The notes beneath the pieces are model-generated. The model had not been told where the DNA came from, searched no databases, and saw nothing but the letters and a program-made list of their open reading frames with translations. A program made the position numbers and the translations under genes. Positions 31,480-45,689 of a stretch of DNA of 64,000 nt are shown one piece after another. The stretch's first letter is position 1. The number at the start of each line of letters is the position of its first letter. The stretch lies in assembly GCF_009914755.1 (NCBI RefSeq), contig NC_060931.1, one strand, 5' to 3'. Source of the stretch: the human T2T-CHM13v2.0 reference genome, Homo sapiens.

Positions 31480-32453
31480 CTGCAATGTGTAAGAATGAAT
31501 ATGGGCAGGAGTTAGTCAGGGCATGGATACTTTTAGATTTTGAGCAAAGCAAATTATGGCAAGGAGAAAGTTTCCATCTTCTTAATACAATGTAAAATAA
31601 TTACATTGCATTATTTCTCTGTATTTGGTTTTTTTAAAAAACAGAAAACAAAAGAAAAAATTCTAAATTAGTCTTCTCCTTCTTGGACCAAAGCTATAAT
31701 ATTTTGTATTTCCCAAGAGGTACAGTCTGAAAATTCCTCCCACAATAAACAAAAAGAATGGAGGTTAACTGCAGGATGTATAACTGTACCTTTTAATCGT
31801 GGCTTTTAAAAAAATATCATGTGGGCTGGTAGGGCAGAGAAAATGAGAAAACCTGAAGGGGCATCAAACCTAATGGTTTGGGCCTAGTCCAAAAGTTAGT
31901 GCAATTGTCAGCTTTTAACTGCTCTATTATCCCAGCTAGTGCTCAAGTCCAGGAACACAACACCAGCAGCTAGTTCATTTCTTAAAGCTTTGATAGGAAT
32001 TTAAAAGAAAACAAGGAACTAAATGAAAAAAAAAAAAAAAAAAAAAAAAAAACAACAACTTCAAGATATACTTTCCCCTGATAAATTCCATATAGGTAGC
32101 TACAAATAAAATTACTTGGTATCCAAGACGCAAACTCTTGTGCCTAAATTACCTTCATAAAGAAAACTGACATGTGCATAATGTTCTGTGGTACTTGGAA
32201 AACTCCAGTTACTGTTTGATGATAATCATGCATAAATGTAGCTGCCTCTATGCAGTATTAGGATAATCAGGGTAAAAGAAAAGAAAAGCTGCCGTACTCA
32301 CAAAAATATATAAACAGCACTAAATCCATGCATTTTCAGATAGAAGAATTTAGAAATTGAGAAATAAACTTTTTCATTTAAATGAACAGAATGGAAATAA
32401 GGAATGTAAACTGCCCATCAGCCCTTCTCTCCAGGAGGCATGCCTCCATTTAG

Positions 32454-32833
<380 letters not shown>

Positions 32834-33742
32834 TAGGGTGGTCTCTCTCCCTTTGGCACTTAAGATATTTTGGGGACTCACTAAATAAAACAATAACAAC
32901 AAAACAACCAAGAGGAGATACTGTACTTTAGTCTATAATATGATCCAAATTGCAGAAAAATGTAAGAAAACAAGAAGGTAATAGGCTCTAGTGTTAACTA
33001 AAAAGGAGAGCAAAGCTTTCTTGACTCAAGCAAAATACCTGCTCCCTAAAATCTGTTTCAGAAAAATAATTTTATAAATTAGGTTAAACAACCTTAAAAT
33101 CCCCTAGGAAAACTCTTTGGCTCTTATATTTGTTTAGGCATAAATTGTCCTTGTATTTGGAAGTGCTCTGTATTACTAAAATGTAGCAAGTTAACAAGAG
33201 TACTTGCTAAAAAATCTATGTGACTACTAAACAAATTGCCCTAATATCATCTACTCAAGTTTCCTAATTCCCCTAGTGGGTAAGTAAGTAAAATCTGGAT
33301 TTTTAAATACTCAAAATAAATATTTACTGTTTTTCTAGAAATTGCCTGCTTCCTACTCACTCCATGCCTGAAATAATTAAGAATCAGAAGATAGAAATCT
33401 TAGGCGAGATGGAAGCTACAAGGTTAATAACGAAGAAGTTCTATCATTTCTATCGTAGAAGTATTCTTTTAGAAATTTTCCTTTTAAAAAATAGCTGTGA
33501 AATTAGTGGTAGTAGGGATTCATTTATCTTTTTTCTCTCTTTAGGTGACTCATTTTTATAACAAAGTTTGTTCCTTCATCAATCTCCTGAATGCTTACAA
33601 AGTAGCACCAACACATCAATATATTGAACAGTCTTGTTGAAACATGTTAGCATTTAATTAAAGCAAGTAATCAAAATTGTAGGGAAAAATTCTGATAAAC
33701 ATCTTGTAATTGAAATCTGATGAACAATTTCATTATACTTGC

Positions 33743-33777
33743 CTCAAATCTTTGAAAAGTTGTCAAACGAAAATCTC
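33743..33777 (-). CDS. SGCE: SGCE alternative exon 11b (35 nt; GDFRLTTFQRFE), GC donor
   Basis: tttaag|GAGATTTTCGTTTGACAACTTTTCAAAGATTTGAG|gcaagt; in frame with exon 11; recognised brain-isoform peptide. Confidence 0.9.
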
Positions 33778-34653
33778 CTTAAATTCACGAAAGCAGTAAT
33801 AGAGAAGATAATTTCTGAATGAAAACATCCAACACATTTCTGAATGTGCCTGAAGTTTTTAAGAGACTTACTTAATAGTTTCCCTACCACAATGCCGCTA
33901 TTCATACTCAGAATTCCACACCCAACTTACATTTTTAAAACTTCTCTTGCTTTTCCAAAAGAGCTACAAAGGCATTAATGGTTCCCTGGCAATTAGAACT
34001 AGGAATCAACCACTAATTAGAAGACAATCATGAATAAGTTATCTACTCAGTATAGAGATGAATGAAATAATTGGCTGTGGAAAATTTTTAGGGACACTTG
34101 AAAGAAATAAAGAAAGCAAGTCTTAGGGAAATAGAATAATCCAAGGAGAATTGTCCGCCATCTTGTTGTCATTGGTCATGTTATAACAGCTTTTTAAAGC
34201 GGCTTTAAAACCAGGCCAGCCATTTCTCATTTATCCCCCTGAAGCCTCAGTGATTAGTCACAATGGTTTCCTTTTGTAAGAGAGCTTGAAACTTCAAGCT
34301 GCTCACTTACTGAGACAAATCCTGGATGCATCCAAGCTAAGAATCTTTCATACCAAGGGGAAGAATAGGGAACTTCACTGAAGGAAAGGGGTTTCATTCA
34401 GTCTTCCTTAATTAGACAGGACCTCCATGGATGCTTTTGCTCTAAGATCATTTACCCTGTGTTTATCATTCTGATGCCAATCTATGTAATAATCTAAGCT
34501 ATTATTCTGAGGTTTTAAGTCTGATTAAGGAATGACACAAGTGTTTTGCCTTATTTGGTGAAGATAAAGCTTCATAAATTATATAGTGCCATAATTATCT
34601 TTTAATCTATTAGATTCATTCATAAACATTAATTTATTATTCTTAGCACTCAC

Positions 34654-34697
34654 CTGTAGTCTGCTGTTGGGGAATCTGAGTCTGATGTGGCAAGTTC
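34654..34697 (-). CDS. SGCE: SGCE exon 11 (44 nt; NLPHQTQIPQQQTTG)
   Basis: ttctag acceptor, gtgagt donor; part of ORF 34643..34837. Confidence 0.96.
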
Positions 34698-34789
34698 CTA
34701 GAAATGATGAACATTTTTGAGTAAAACTGTTTGTTTACACACTTGTAAACAGAGAGCAGACATACTAGAATGAAAAACTTTACGGGTAA

Positions 34790-35075
34790 ACTATGACCCC
34801 AGTCATGTAATCCAGCACAATTCCCCTCCCCTTTCATGAGCTTACAGATGAGGAAACTGAGGTCTGAGGAGAATAAAAATTAACAATATTTGATAACATG
34901 CATGAAATTTTCACTGCGGGCTATACTCTAAAGTACCTCACAACAACCCTAAGAGGTAGGTGTTAATATTTTTCCCATTTTATGGGTGAAGAAATAGCCT
35001 TGGAGATCCAGGGCCACATAGCTAGGACATGGTAGGTAAAGATGTGAACACAGTGGCTTGTGCTCTTAACCTATA
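34790..35075 (-). mobile_element. MIR fragments
   Basis: 'ttacagatgaggaaactgaggtct', 'cacaacaaccctaagaggtagg...cccattttatgggtgaagaaa'. Confidence 0.75.
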
Positions 35076-35456
35076 CACTTTCAGATCCAGATCACACATT
35101 TTCATGGAACAACATATATAACCACCTTCATTCACTATCCCAAACATCTGTGCTCTTTTATCTTCGTGTCAGGAATGACACTGGCCATGCATCCAGATGC
35201 ATTGGCGGAATGCAGAAGTCATCCTTGTTCCTTCCCTCTCCTTCAGTCCCCACATTCAATCACTTAGGGACTTTTGACATTTCTTTTTGTCTCATTTGGA
35301 TCTGCCCCATTCCTCCCCATCTCCATTGCTAACTTGGTTGAAGCCATCATCATTTCTCACTTGGATCCTTGTAAGGGGATTGACTTGTTTCCTCATTTAC
35401 ATTCTTGTCCCCTTATAATCCACTCTGCACATTGCTGTCAGAATAATCTTCTAAGA

Positions 35457-35936
35457 CAGGGGTCCCCAACCCCTGGGACACGGAACTGGGCTGCCCAGCA
35501 GGAGGTGAGTGGCAGGTAAGCCATCGAAGCCTCATCTGTATTTACAGGTGCTCCCCATCACTTGCATTACCACCTGGGTTCTGCCTCCTGTCAGACCAGC
35601 GGCAGCAGTAGACGGTCATAGGAGCATGAACCCTACTGTGAACTGCGTATGCGAGGGATCTAGGTTGTGCACTCCTTATGAGAATCTAATGCCTGATGAT
35701 CTGTCACTGTCCCCCATCACCCCCTGATGGTACTGTCTAGTTGCAGGAAAACAAGCTGAGGGCTCCCACTGATTCTACATTATGGTGAGTTATATAATAT
35801 TTCATTATATATTACAATGTAATAATAGAAATAAAGTGCATAATAAATGCAATGCACTTGGACCACCCCAAACCATCCCCCACTCCTGGTCTGACATGAA
35901 ACCAGTTCCTGGTGCCAAAAAGCTTGGGGACCACTG
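35457..35936 (+). mobile_element. MER1A-like hAT-Charlie MITE with perfect 8-bp TSD ttctaaga, inserted in L2
   Basis: TIRs caggggtccccaac / gcttggggaccactg; TSD at 35449-35456 and 35937-35944. Confidence 0.92.
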
Positions 35937-38900
35937 TTCTAAGACACAAATCTGATTATGTCATTTAAATAACACACATTTCAATATTTCCTTGTATCTA
36001 TCTGCAGATTAAATTTCAGATTTCTTAATGTGGCCTGGAAAGCCACAATATATCTCACTCCTACATGGAGTGCCCCATGTCTGCTTGAAGCCAACAACCA
36101 ACTACCATGTCCTGTACACAATCAGCTCCCATTTGTTCTTGCTAACTCAACTCAGAACTTGTTACAGCATACAGGTATTACTCTTATAGTTTAAAAATTC
36201 CCATGAGAAATGTTATTAAAATTTTTAACATATTATTTTTAATTAAAAAAATCTCAAGAACCACCTTCCTATGCATCCTCACTCTCTAAGCAACCCACAA
36301 ATTAGGTTACCATTTAGCATGCTTTCATTCACATGCTGATTGTCATTGTATTCTCTGTATATAATATTTAATTGCCCCAAAGTATATTAAGAATAAGAAC
36401 CATCATATTTTGTTTAGTATCCTCAGCAGTAAGCATTATAAAGTATATACATTTATTAACTTACAGATTTAGTTTCACATATTGATACTAAAATTAGTTT
36501 ATGAAAATGTACAATTTAGGTTCTGTATGGAAGAAACTCCAGGAGTCAGTCCTTTGTAATAAAGTTTGATCCAAGCTGGGGATTTTCAGTTTTTTGTTTT
36601 CTCTTTAGCACTGGGATTCCTCTTAATTGAAACCCTAAGCAGAACTGTGATGTACAAAAGAGATAAATGTGAGGTTGCCTGGGTTGAAACAAGGGAGTTA
36701 GGAATCCTGTCAGCTTTGTTTTCTTTGTCCCTCATGCTGGCCCCTACAGCAATTCTAAGAAATCTGTAAAAAACAGTTTGAAAACCATTGATATGAATTA
36801 TTTCAGCCAGGCAAATATTATGTTCCAAATACAACAATCTAAAGTGGAAAACAGTGCGTGCTAGTTAAATGCTGTTTAAACTCTTAATCTATAGGTAACA
36901 CCTTTGAGAGTTTTTTTTAATGTTTCAGTTCCACTTTAAAGATATTACTAGGGAAATAATAAACTCAACTCTAACACAATTTGAGGAAGTTACTTAATAA
37001 TTCATCCCGACGATTATATTCGTTTTTATTGTTACTTATCAGCCTTATCCTTGTGTAGGCTAGAGGAGTATTTCTTTTTTAGCTTGTTTGTTCTTTCAGA
37101 ATTTCACACAATGTATTTATATTGGTTTTGGTCACAAAAGTAAAAAGATCAATTTATAAACTACAAAGAGGGAATAAGTTCTACATTTAAAGATGGCAAG
37201 GCAAATATCTTTACTACAGAAGTCAAAATGCAATTAGATGGGCATCTCACACAGGGTGGGAGGATGTGTTTTATTTTACCTACTCAGGTATAACTGATCT
37301 GGGTCTATTCTACACTCAAAACGAACACAGTGCACCTTCTACACATAGGCGCACACCACACACAAGCACTTCCTCATTCCTTACCATCTCTAGCTCTACC
37401 TAGCCTGTCAGCAGATTGAATCAACACATTCTGACAAAATACAAAAATCAAACAGGATAAAGAAAATATAGAATGTAGGTGTTCTAACATAGGTAGTGGT
37501 TAGTAAACAAAGACACATGTTTTCCAAAAGCACTAGATTAAGGATCCTCCAAATTCAAAATCAGCATTTGGATGAGGTAGTTGGATGCCCCCCCACTTCT
37601 CTTGTTGGCCCTCCCAACTGACCTTTCTGTGGAATTTAGCTTGGAAACCACTGATCAAAGTCAACCTATGCCCTGTCGTTTCTTTTCTAGCCTCCGTTTT
37701 TTCCTCTTTTGCTACATTGCTAAACTTTCTAAATCACAATGGGCTGGGCTAGGTGAAAAGACATGGCTGGTTGAGAAAAATGCCACACACAAACTAGCAA
37801 GAAATTCGGAGAAGATGCATAAGAAAGCAACTGTGTGTCTTATATTGATTTAGAGACTGAAAAGTATCCATAGTGGGTGTTCTAAGTGGTTGTGTTTGAA
37901 CAATGCTCATGCACTCCTTGCAGTTTCAAAGGAAACTTAGATGAGTTATATTAAAAATGCTTGTGTGCGCAAAAAGGTGCTCAACCAAAAAAATACTGAG
38001 ATTCAACATCCCCTGATTGGGTACAACCTATCTCCTGTTTTGAAGGAGACCCTTGAGTCTCCAAGATGTGTGCACATAGCTCTGTTTTTGTGGCTTCCCA
38101 AACTTGTAACTAAATGTGAACCTGTAAGTATTAAAGTGTGAATGTATCTATGATGGGCATATTTAAAACTGTGTATTTCATTTAAGAGTTGAAGGGACAT
38201 ACTTTATAACAGCACTGCTTCAGGCATACTGGAAAAAATGCCTTCAATCCCAACTCTGCTAGTTAAGATGCAGAGAATGCAGGAAGAAAGTGGCAAATTC
38301 TCATCTTTGGTGAGAGCAGGCTGCTAAAGGCAATTATACAGGAGCGGGGGGTCGACTTCAAATAGAGGCCCTATAATCCTTCCAAGGAGGGACCTTAATG
38401 AAGTCATAAAACAATTTAATGATTATTAGACTAAGTGAAAAGTTATTATGTGTAAACTGCATTATGTAGAAATTTAAGAAAACTGTAACTAAATTATTAG
38501 CATTAATTATTTTCTCATTTTATGTTCATTAATTTCATGCATTTAAATAGAAAATTGTGTAAATTAGTCATTGCACAAACTTCATTCTTTAAGAATGCAA
38601 GAGTAATAACTTGCAAATTAATAAATAAGTGAGTTGGGGGGAGTACACAATTATTTCTTATGTGTACAACCATTTTAAAGTAATTTGACATTCTTGGATA
38701 CCCTATACCGTAATTCTGTGAGTAAGGTTGATGATTATCAACTGATTATATTGCTACTTGTTTCAAACTAAAAAGCAAAATGATGATTTGCATAAAGCCA
38801 CAGAATCCATGCCAGAGTTCAAAGAAAATGACACTAGTTGTGTGAAATACAAAACATTTCACTTTTCAGTTAGTATGGTGACATCATTTAACAATAAGAA

Positions 38901-39862
38901 ATAGTTATATATTTTTGGAAAACAATGGCTCTGAAATATTCTTGGCTGCCTGATACTTCTCAACAGGACACCATAATCTTAGTCCCCTGAAACACTGTCT
39001 TCAACTGATATTAACTTTTATTAAAACTTAATTTTTATTTATGGAATTTTACCATAAAGTTAGTTGTCATTGTGACCAAAAGCAGGACAAATGGAAAAAT
39101 ATTTAAATAAAAGCTAAAATGATTAGATACTGTCTTCAATTAGAAGACTTAATTCTACTTTTATACTTGTTAATTTTCAAAAGATTAAGTACAACCTATC
39201 TCCTGTTTTGAGAGAGACCCAATTATCCTGGATTAGGAATTATGTTTAGAATAATGAATAAGGAAAATTTTTGTGTAGCAAATTAATATCTTCCTGAAAA
39301 ATGTGTGGAGTACTATTCCCCAATTATTCATTACCTAAGGGGCCTCATGAAGATGCCTACCACTCCAAAAAAATCAATTGGTATTGATGTTGGCATAAGA
39401 AAAGAGTAGTGAAGAGGCAGATCTTTCCCCAAAAGACAGCATACCTCACTACAAATTTAATATAATAATAAATTATTTTTTAGAAAATCAAATATTTGGG
39501 ATCCTCCAGTCAATGTCCCTTTCCCCAAGCATAAGACTACAAAATAACATTTTTTCAATGGCTTTTAGCTGTTCCAGGCACTGTTTTCTGATTAGCTCTC
39601 ATCTCTCAACCTCTCCACACCATTTTCCTCAGGCAGTTTAAGGAGGTATGGAAGAGTCTAGAGGCTGAGAAGTATAAACTCCCAAACAGCTCCAACCTCC
39701 TAGACAATGTGCATGGACTGCTATTCTTTCAGTTTCACATGGGGGAATTTAGGAAAAACTGTTCCCCTTTTAAAACTCCATGTAGAGGAATGTGAATAAC
39801 AACCCTTCTTACTCAGAGCTCTGGATTTTCCAATCCTGAAACTTAAGTCTTTTGATTATTAA

Positions 39863-40015
39863 GCCAGGAATTCTCAATCTTTGTTGAGAAGCTCTCTGCA
39901 GGAGCTCTACCATAACATACACTTCCACCAGACTCCAAATTCCCATACTCAGAGCCCCAGAATGTGTACTGTAAAAGCTCTATGGTGATTCTGACACAAC
40001 GTGGTTTGGGAACAA
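39863..40015. mobile_element. MER5-like hAT MITE
   Basis: 'caggaattctcaatctt...ggtgattctgacac...gtttgggaac'. Confidence 0.5.
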
Positions 40016-40379
40016 GGCTAGACTCTCTCTTGACGTTCCTTTGATGACCTAAAATGTTATTACTTGGAATTAAATTTTTTTCATTTAAATAATTAGAAAG
40101 GGCAATCATTGAGGTACACCGGTCAAATACGTAATAGATTTTTGATGTGAAGTCTTTGGTCACAAACATAACACCAGTCACAACAATGATTCTTTGGGCA
40201 AAGTCAATTTACTTTTAAGAATTACTTTACAATGTGATTTCCAGGAATGAATTTTAATAACTAAGACAAATGTCTATAGGGGAAAAAATTATTACTGCTA
40301 TTAATGGCAACACTTATTCACTAGGCTACAAAGATAACTAAGTACAGATGCAGAAAAACTTACTATATGAGGGCATGAG

Positions 40380-40742
40380 GGACATACTACACAATACCTG
40401 GCTATAGCTCCTCATGACTGTCGAGGTCATGGGACACAAGAAAGGTCTAAGAAAATGCCCAGACCTGAGGAGACTAAGGAGACATAGTGATTATTGTGTC
40501 CTAGATGGAATCCTAGAACAGAAAAAGGACATTAGTGGAAAAACGAATGACATCTGAAAAAAGTCTGAAGTCTAGGTAACAGTAAAGTACCGAAACTGGG
40601 TTCCTCATTGTGACAAATGTACCATGGTACTGTAAGATGTTAACAACGGGAGAAACTGGCTGAGGCGTATCTGGGAACTCTCTATTATCTTTGTAACTTT
40701 CCTGTACCTCTACAATCATTCCAAAATAAAAAGTTTATTAAA
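40380..40742 (+). mobile_element. L1MC 3' end
   Basis: 'gtaagatgttaacaacgggagaaactgg...gggaactctctattatctttgtaacttt...aaaataaaaagttt'. Confidence 0.75.
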
Positions 40743-43692
40743 GAATAAACACATTAGCCAAGATCAAATTAAGTTGGCCTTACATTTCTAGACTATGTGA
40801 TAGTTTTAACAGCCTATTTATATTGTCTCTGTAATTTGAAAAGCAAAAGAAACACAGTACAAAATGAAACACCTCATTTCTAGGCATGTGCTACATCTCC
40901 AGGTTCTGCTCCAGCTTCCCTGTCCACTGCCTCTTTATTCATTTTGCTTATAACCTGAATCAGAGATCCTTCTGAGGTCAATGACCGACACTATCTATCC
41001 CTGCCTAGATATCAGGATAGGTAAATAATCTAATCTCAGTTCTGACCTAATTTAACTTTGTCTCTTATCAGTGTCTCAAATTTATCATCTGCAAATGATT
41101 AAACATTTTTTCTTACTGACTAATTTATGGTGCCAGTCTGGAGCTCTGTGAAACATTCTACCAAAAAGAAAATATTACTATGTAATTGATAATGGTGGCA
41201 GCCATTCATTACATAACATTGTGAGTTCTCTATAACTTTGATGTAAATTGACTTGTTTAAAGGAACAAACTAGTTTTATGCAGTTTTGAAAGAAAGCTTT
41301 GAATATTCTTGAGTCTTGCTTAGAAGCCAATATAAACCTTTAGCCATATCCATGTCTGAATATTTCCGGTATCAATCTGAAGAATAAACATGAAATCCTT
41401 TGGCTAGCTAAAAATTGTTTATGAATGATAAATTCAGTACACTTAGTATGAATGTGAAGATGAAATGCATGCCCTTATAGGAAGGGTAAATTAATAAGTA
41501 CAAGACAGCATTATCCAAGCATATACCTGGTTATTGAGTACTGTAATGCCTCCCAAAATATAATATCACATTTTAATCTTGAGAATTCAATTCAATCCAA
41601 ATGACCAAAATATTTGTGTGTGTCTACTCAGTGCTGAAGTAAAACTTTTAAAACATAGCTGTTTTTCTGGTAAAAAGTAAAAGTTGAATTTGCATAAAGG
41701 ACAGCTATGATGAACCCCATACAATAAATTCCCTATTATCTGGCATGGCTGGAAAATGAGGTTAATCACATATTCTGGCTTATAGGGAGTTACCATAGAG
41801 ACTGTGCACATATTATCCATTTCTAAGAATAAAAGAAAGATAATATACACTCAACACTGAAACGACACCGAATGTAATTTAATTTTCCTCTGATGAGTCA
41901 GACGCACTTGATGATCCTGCAGTGCCTCAGAATAATCATTGTGAACATCATCAATTATCTGTGTACCCTATTTATATAGAAGTGCTAGTTAATGGAGCTT
42001 TTCCATTAGCAGAAATCTGAATAATGTGAAGGTTTTCTGGACTTAAAAATACGTATGTGTTTAAATTGTTGCAAGTTCAATATAATAGCCTATTGCATTT
42101 GCAAATAGAGAGATCTGATCAACCTAATGACAGTCTTGATGGGGTTATGGAAGGACCAGAAAGATCCATTTGGTGTAAACTAGATAGAAAATTTTATTTT
42201 GCTTGTATATTAGTAGCAACATTGCAAAATTCTAACCACAGGGAATCAAAATACTTTTTAAGGAGCTATTCTTATTTTCAATATATGTGGTTAGAAAGGG
42301 TTATCTTAAAATGACAGCAACCTTTTTCCGCTCTTAAATTTCACTAGCAATAGAGTTTTATTGATTTACAAACATATTCAAGTTCCCCTACTCATTATAA
42401 CTAGTTTTCTACTCTAAAATTCTACAGCACTGTTTGTTACATTATCAACAGAAGCATTTCTCAAACTGTGTTCTTTGAAGAGTTACCTATTCTGACCTTT
42501 TCCTATGGATTCACAAAGTGTATCAACACACTAAGGGACTGAAGACTGTTGTAGCTTAAAAAACAGAGAAATAAAACCTTTACGTTACAGTACTCGATAA
42601 CCAGGTATATGCTTGGATAATGCTGCCTTGTACTTATTAATTAACCCTTCTTAAAAGGGCATGCATTTCATCTTCACATTCATACTAAGTATACTGAATT
42701 CATCATTCATAAACAATTTGGTTAGCTACAGGATTTGTTTCATGTTAGAATTCTGCAGTGTTGCTACTACTTTTTTCCAAGTGTATTTGATCATTCCATT
42801 TTTTTGAAGGATATCTGTCAACATTTCACTGGCACGCTAGGGTAAACAATATCAGAAATAATAACCTTAAAGAATAAGTACAAATTCTTTTCATTTTGAA
42901 AATGAATGATAAAGCCATTTCATAATTTTCATCTAAAAAGGGATAAGAGGTTGTTAAATTCTGAATTATTACAATATTCTTGAAATTTTACCAATTTTTC
43001 TCATCAGTATCTAATCCCGGTAAACTGGGTTTTATGATGACCCATAATAGGTGGGCTACTGACCACCAGAGAGCATAGAAACCCATCCGTTGCATTCAGT
43101 ACAACTAAATTTTGTAGACTTTAATATTTATATCCCTGATATATTAATGTTTCAAAAATTCAAAATTGTAAACATATGCAATTTCACCCATTTCTTAAAT
43201 TACCCACTACCCATTACTTACACTCTCATACACACATGCACATAAACAGGCACCTTAGTCTGTATGACCCTAAGTGATGTTAGAGAACTTTAGAAAAATA
43301 TTCATAATACTTTTGGGTTTCTGAAGTATTCTGGATAAACTTATCTAGTCTATCTATACTACTTATATTAATTATTATTTAATCTTCAAATTACCACATG
43401 CATTCTACCTGGTTACAGAATAAGCACTCAATGGGAAAAATGTACCCAGCAGAGTTCCCAGGTAAATGTGTTCACTTTAATATTATATCCTAAGGGGTGT
43501 GTATGTGTCTGTGTGTATGAGAGAGAGAGAAAGAGAGACTGAGAGAGTGAGAAAGAGAGATTTTTCTGCATAGCCATTCCATCTATAAAAGTAAAGTGAA
43601 AAAGAGGAGGACCTCAAAAGCCAACTTCATGACTTCTAGTGCTTAGGGCAATTGAATTCAACTCATTTTAACATTTGGTTAAAAAGAAAAAA

Positions 43693-43993
<301 letters not shown>

Positions 43994-44739
43994 GAGACAT
44001 ATTCTTATAAATAACAGTTTTACCCACCATTCCCTTATATAAAAATGTGGCCACTAGGCTACATTATATCAGCAATATATGATGTAGCATAATGCTGCAT
44101 TACAGCATTATATAGCATGGTCTCCCAAATGCAACTGTACAGTTTCCTCACCCCTCACCCTTATCTACTCCTTACAAAGTCCTTCTAGCCTTTCTAACCC
44201 TGATCCCTATAGCACTAGACAAGGTTTGCACTAATAAAATAGGTGTTTATAGTCCAAATTGGAGCTGCTTGCTCTGACATACAAGCAGATCATAAAAAAC
44301 AACCCAAACACCCTTAATTCTGAGGCAAAAATTTAGATTACAAAGGTCTATGGTAATAACATTTTAATAGGTTTAAACCAAATAATTCTAATATCTCTAA
44401 AAATAATCAATTTGAAATGCTTAGGATATGGTTCTTTTTTTTATAATTAACTCATCTTTGAGCAAACATGTAATGTTGAGTTTAATATCAGTGTCAATTT
44501 CTTAAATATTAAGGTATATGTAGTCTTGTTTGGATCAGTGGGGGAAAAAAAGTGCATTTCCTAAAAGTAATTGTATTGTATATTTCAGGAGAGTAGGGGT
44601 GAGATTTACACAATGTCCTTTTGTTATTTTCTCTTCCAGTTATAAACAAACAAACACAACAACAGAAAGCTCTGTTCTTTACAGATATTAGTAAAAATAT
44701 ACATGCATATTAATAATTATGGCTCTAAGTGGACACTTA

Positions 44740-44934
<195 letters not shown>

Positions 44935-45662
44935 TCAAAAAGAAATAAAACAACATATATTTAAAATCATATATTAGCCTGATGGGTCATCAATTTGAAA
45001 AACTTATGAAGTATTTTTATCTTTTAAAATAATAAGACATTATGGCACTTTGGGCATTCAATAAACTATTTCAGAAAGGCATACATCTCACATACTTTTA
45101 ATATAACAAAACTGAAAATTATAAACTGATTTTAAAATACATAGGTGTTTTATTAAACTAAGCTATGAAGCATTGTATTAATATTACTGTCCTAAGTAAC
45201 CAACTAGTTTTCTATTTATTTTCTATGATTTAAGATAAAACTACCATAGCTTTTATATTTTTGCTTCTGGTGGGGCATTTATAAATACTCACAGAAGTTT
45301 CATTTTATGGTAGGTTATTACTGTAGATTCTGGAAAACTTGTATGAAAGGTCTTTTCATCTGTTCTCTGGTTTATAGAAATGCAGATTGGAAATCACATA
45401 ATATAAATGGTAAGTTAATATTCTGAATCTGAAATATTTTAGGTTTAATTTTTATCTGTGTAATCTTAGTTTTCAAACCCTTTTTAGTTTTAGTTTCTAC
45501 CCCTCCTAAATATCTCTATTTAGAAAGCAGCTTTCACATTTATGAAATAAACTATGAAAGATGACAAATGAAAAAAAGCTTGACACACATGTATGGAGCA
45601 TGATGGGCAACTGAGAGGTGGGAAAAAATGATGAAGAAAATAACAGGAAAGAAGACACTTAC

Positions 45663-45689
45663 TCTGGTGTTTGCATGTTTCTCTTTTCC
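45663..45689 (-). CDS. SGCE: SGCE exon 8 (27-nt microexon; EKRNMQTPD)
   Basis: tttctag|GGAAAAGAGAAACATGCAAACACCAGA|gtaagt. Confidence 0.94.

Noticed and set aside
32026-32052. Long poly(A) runs (also 60043-60065) as possible retrocopy tails
   Set aside because: No upstream mRNA-like body or convincing TSD
41894-41900. AP-1 site TGAGTCA
   Set aside because: A single 7-mer is expected several times by chance in 64 kb
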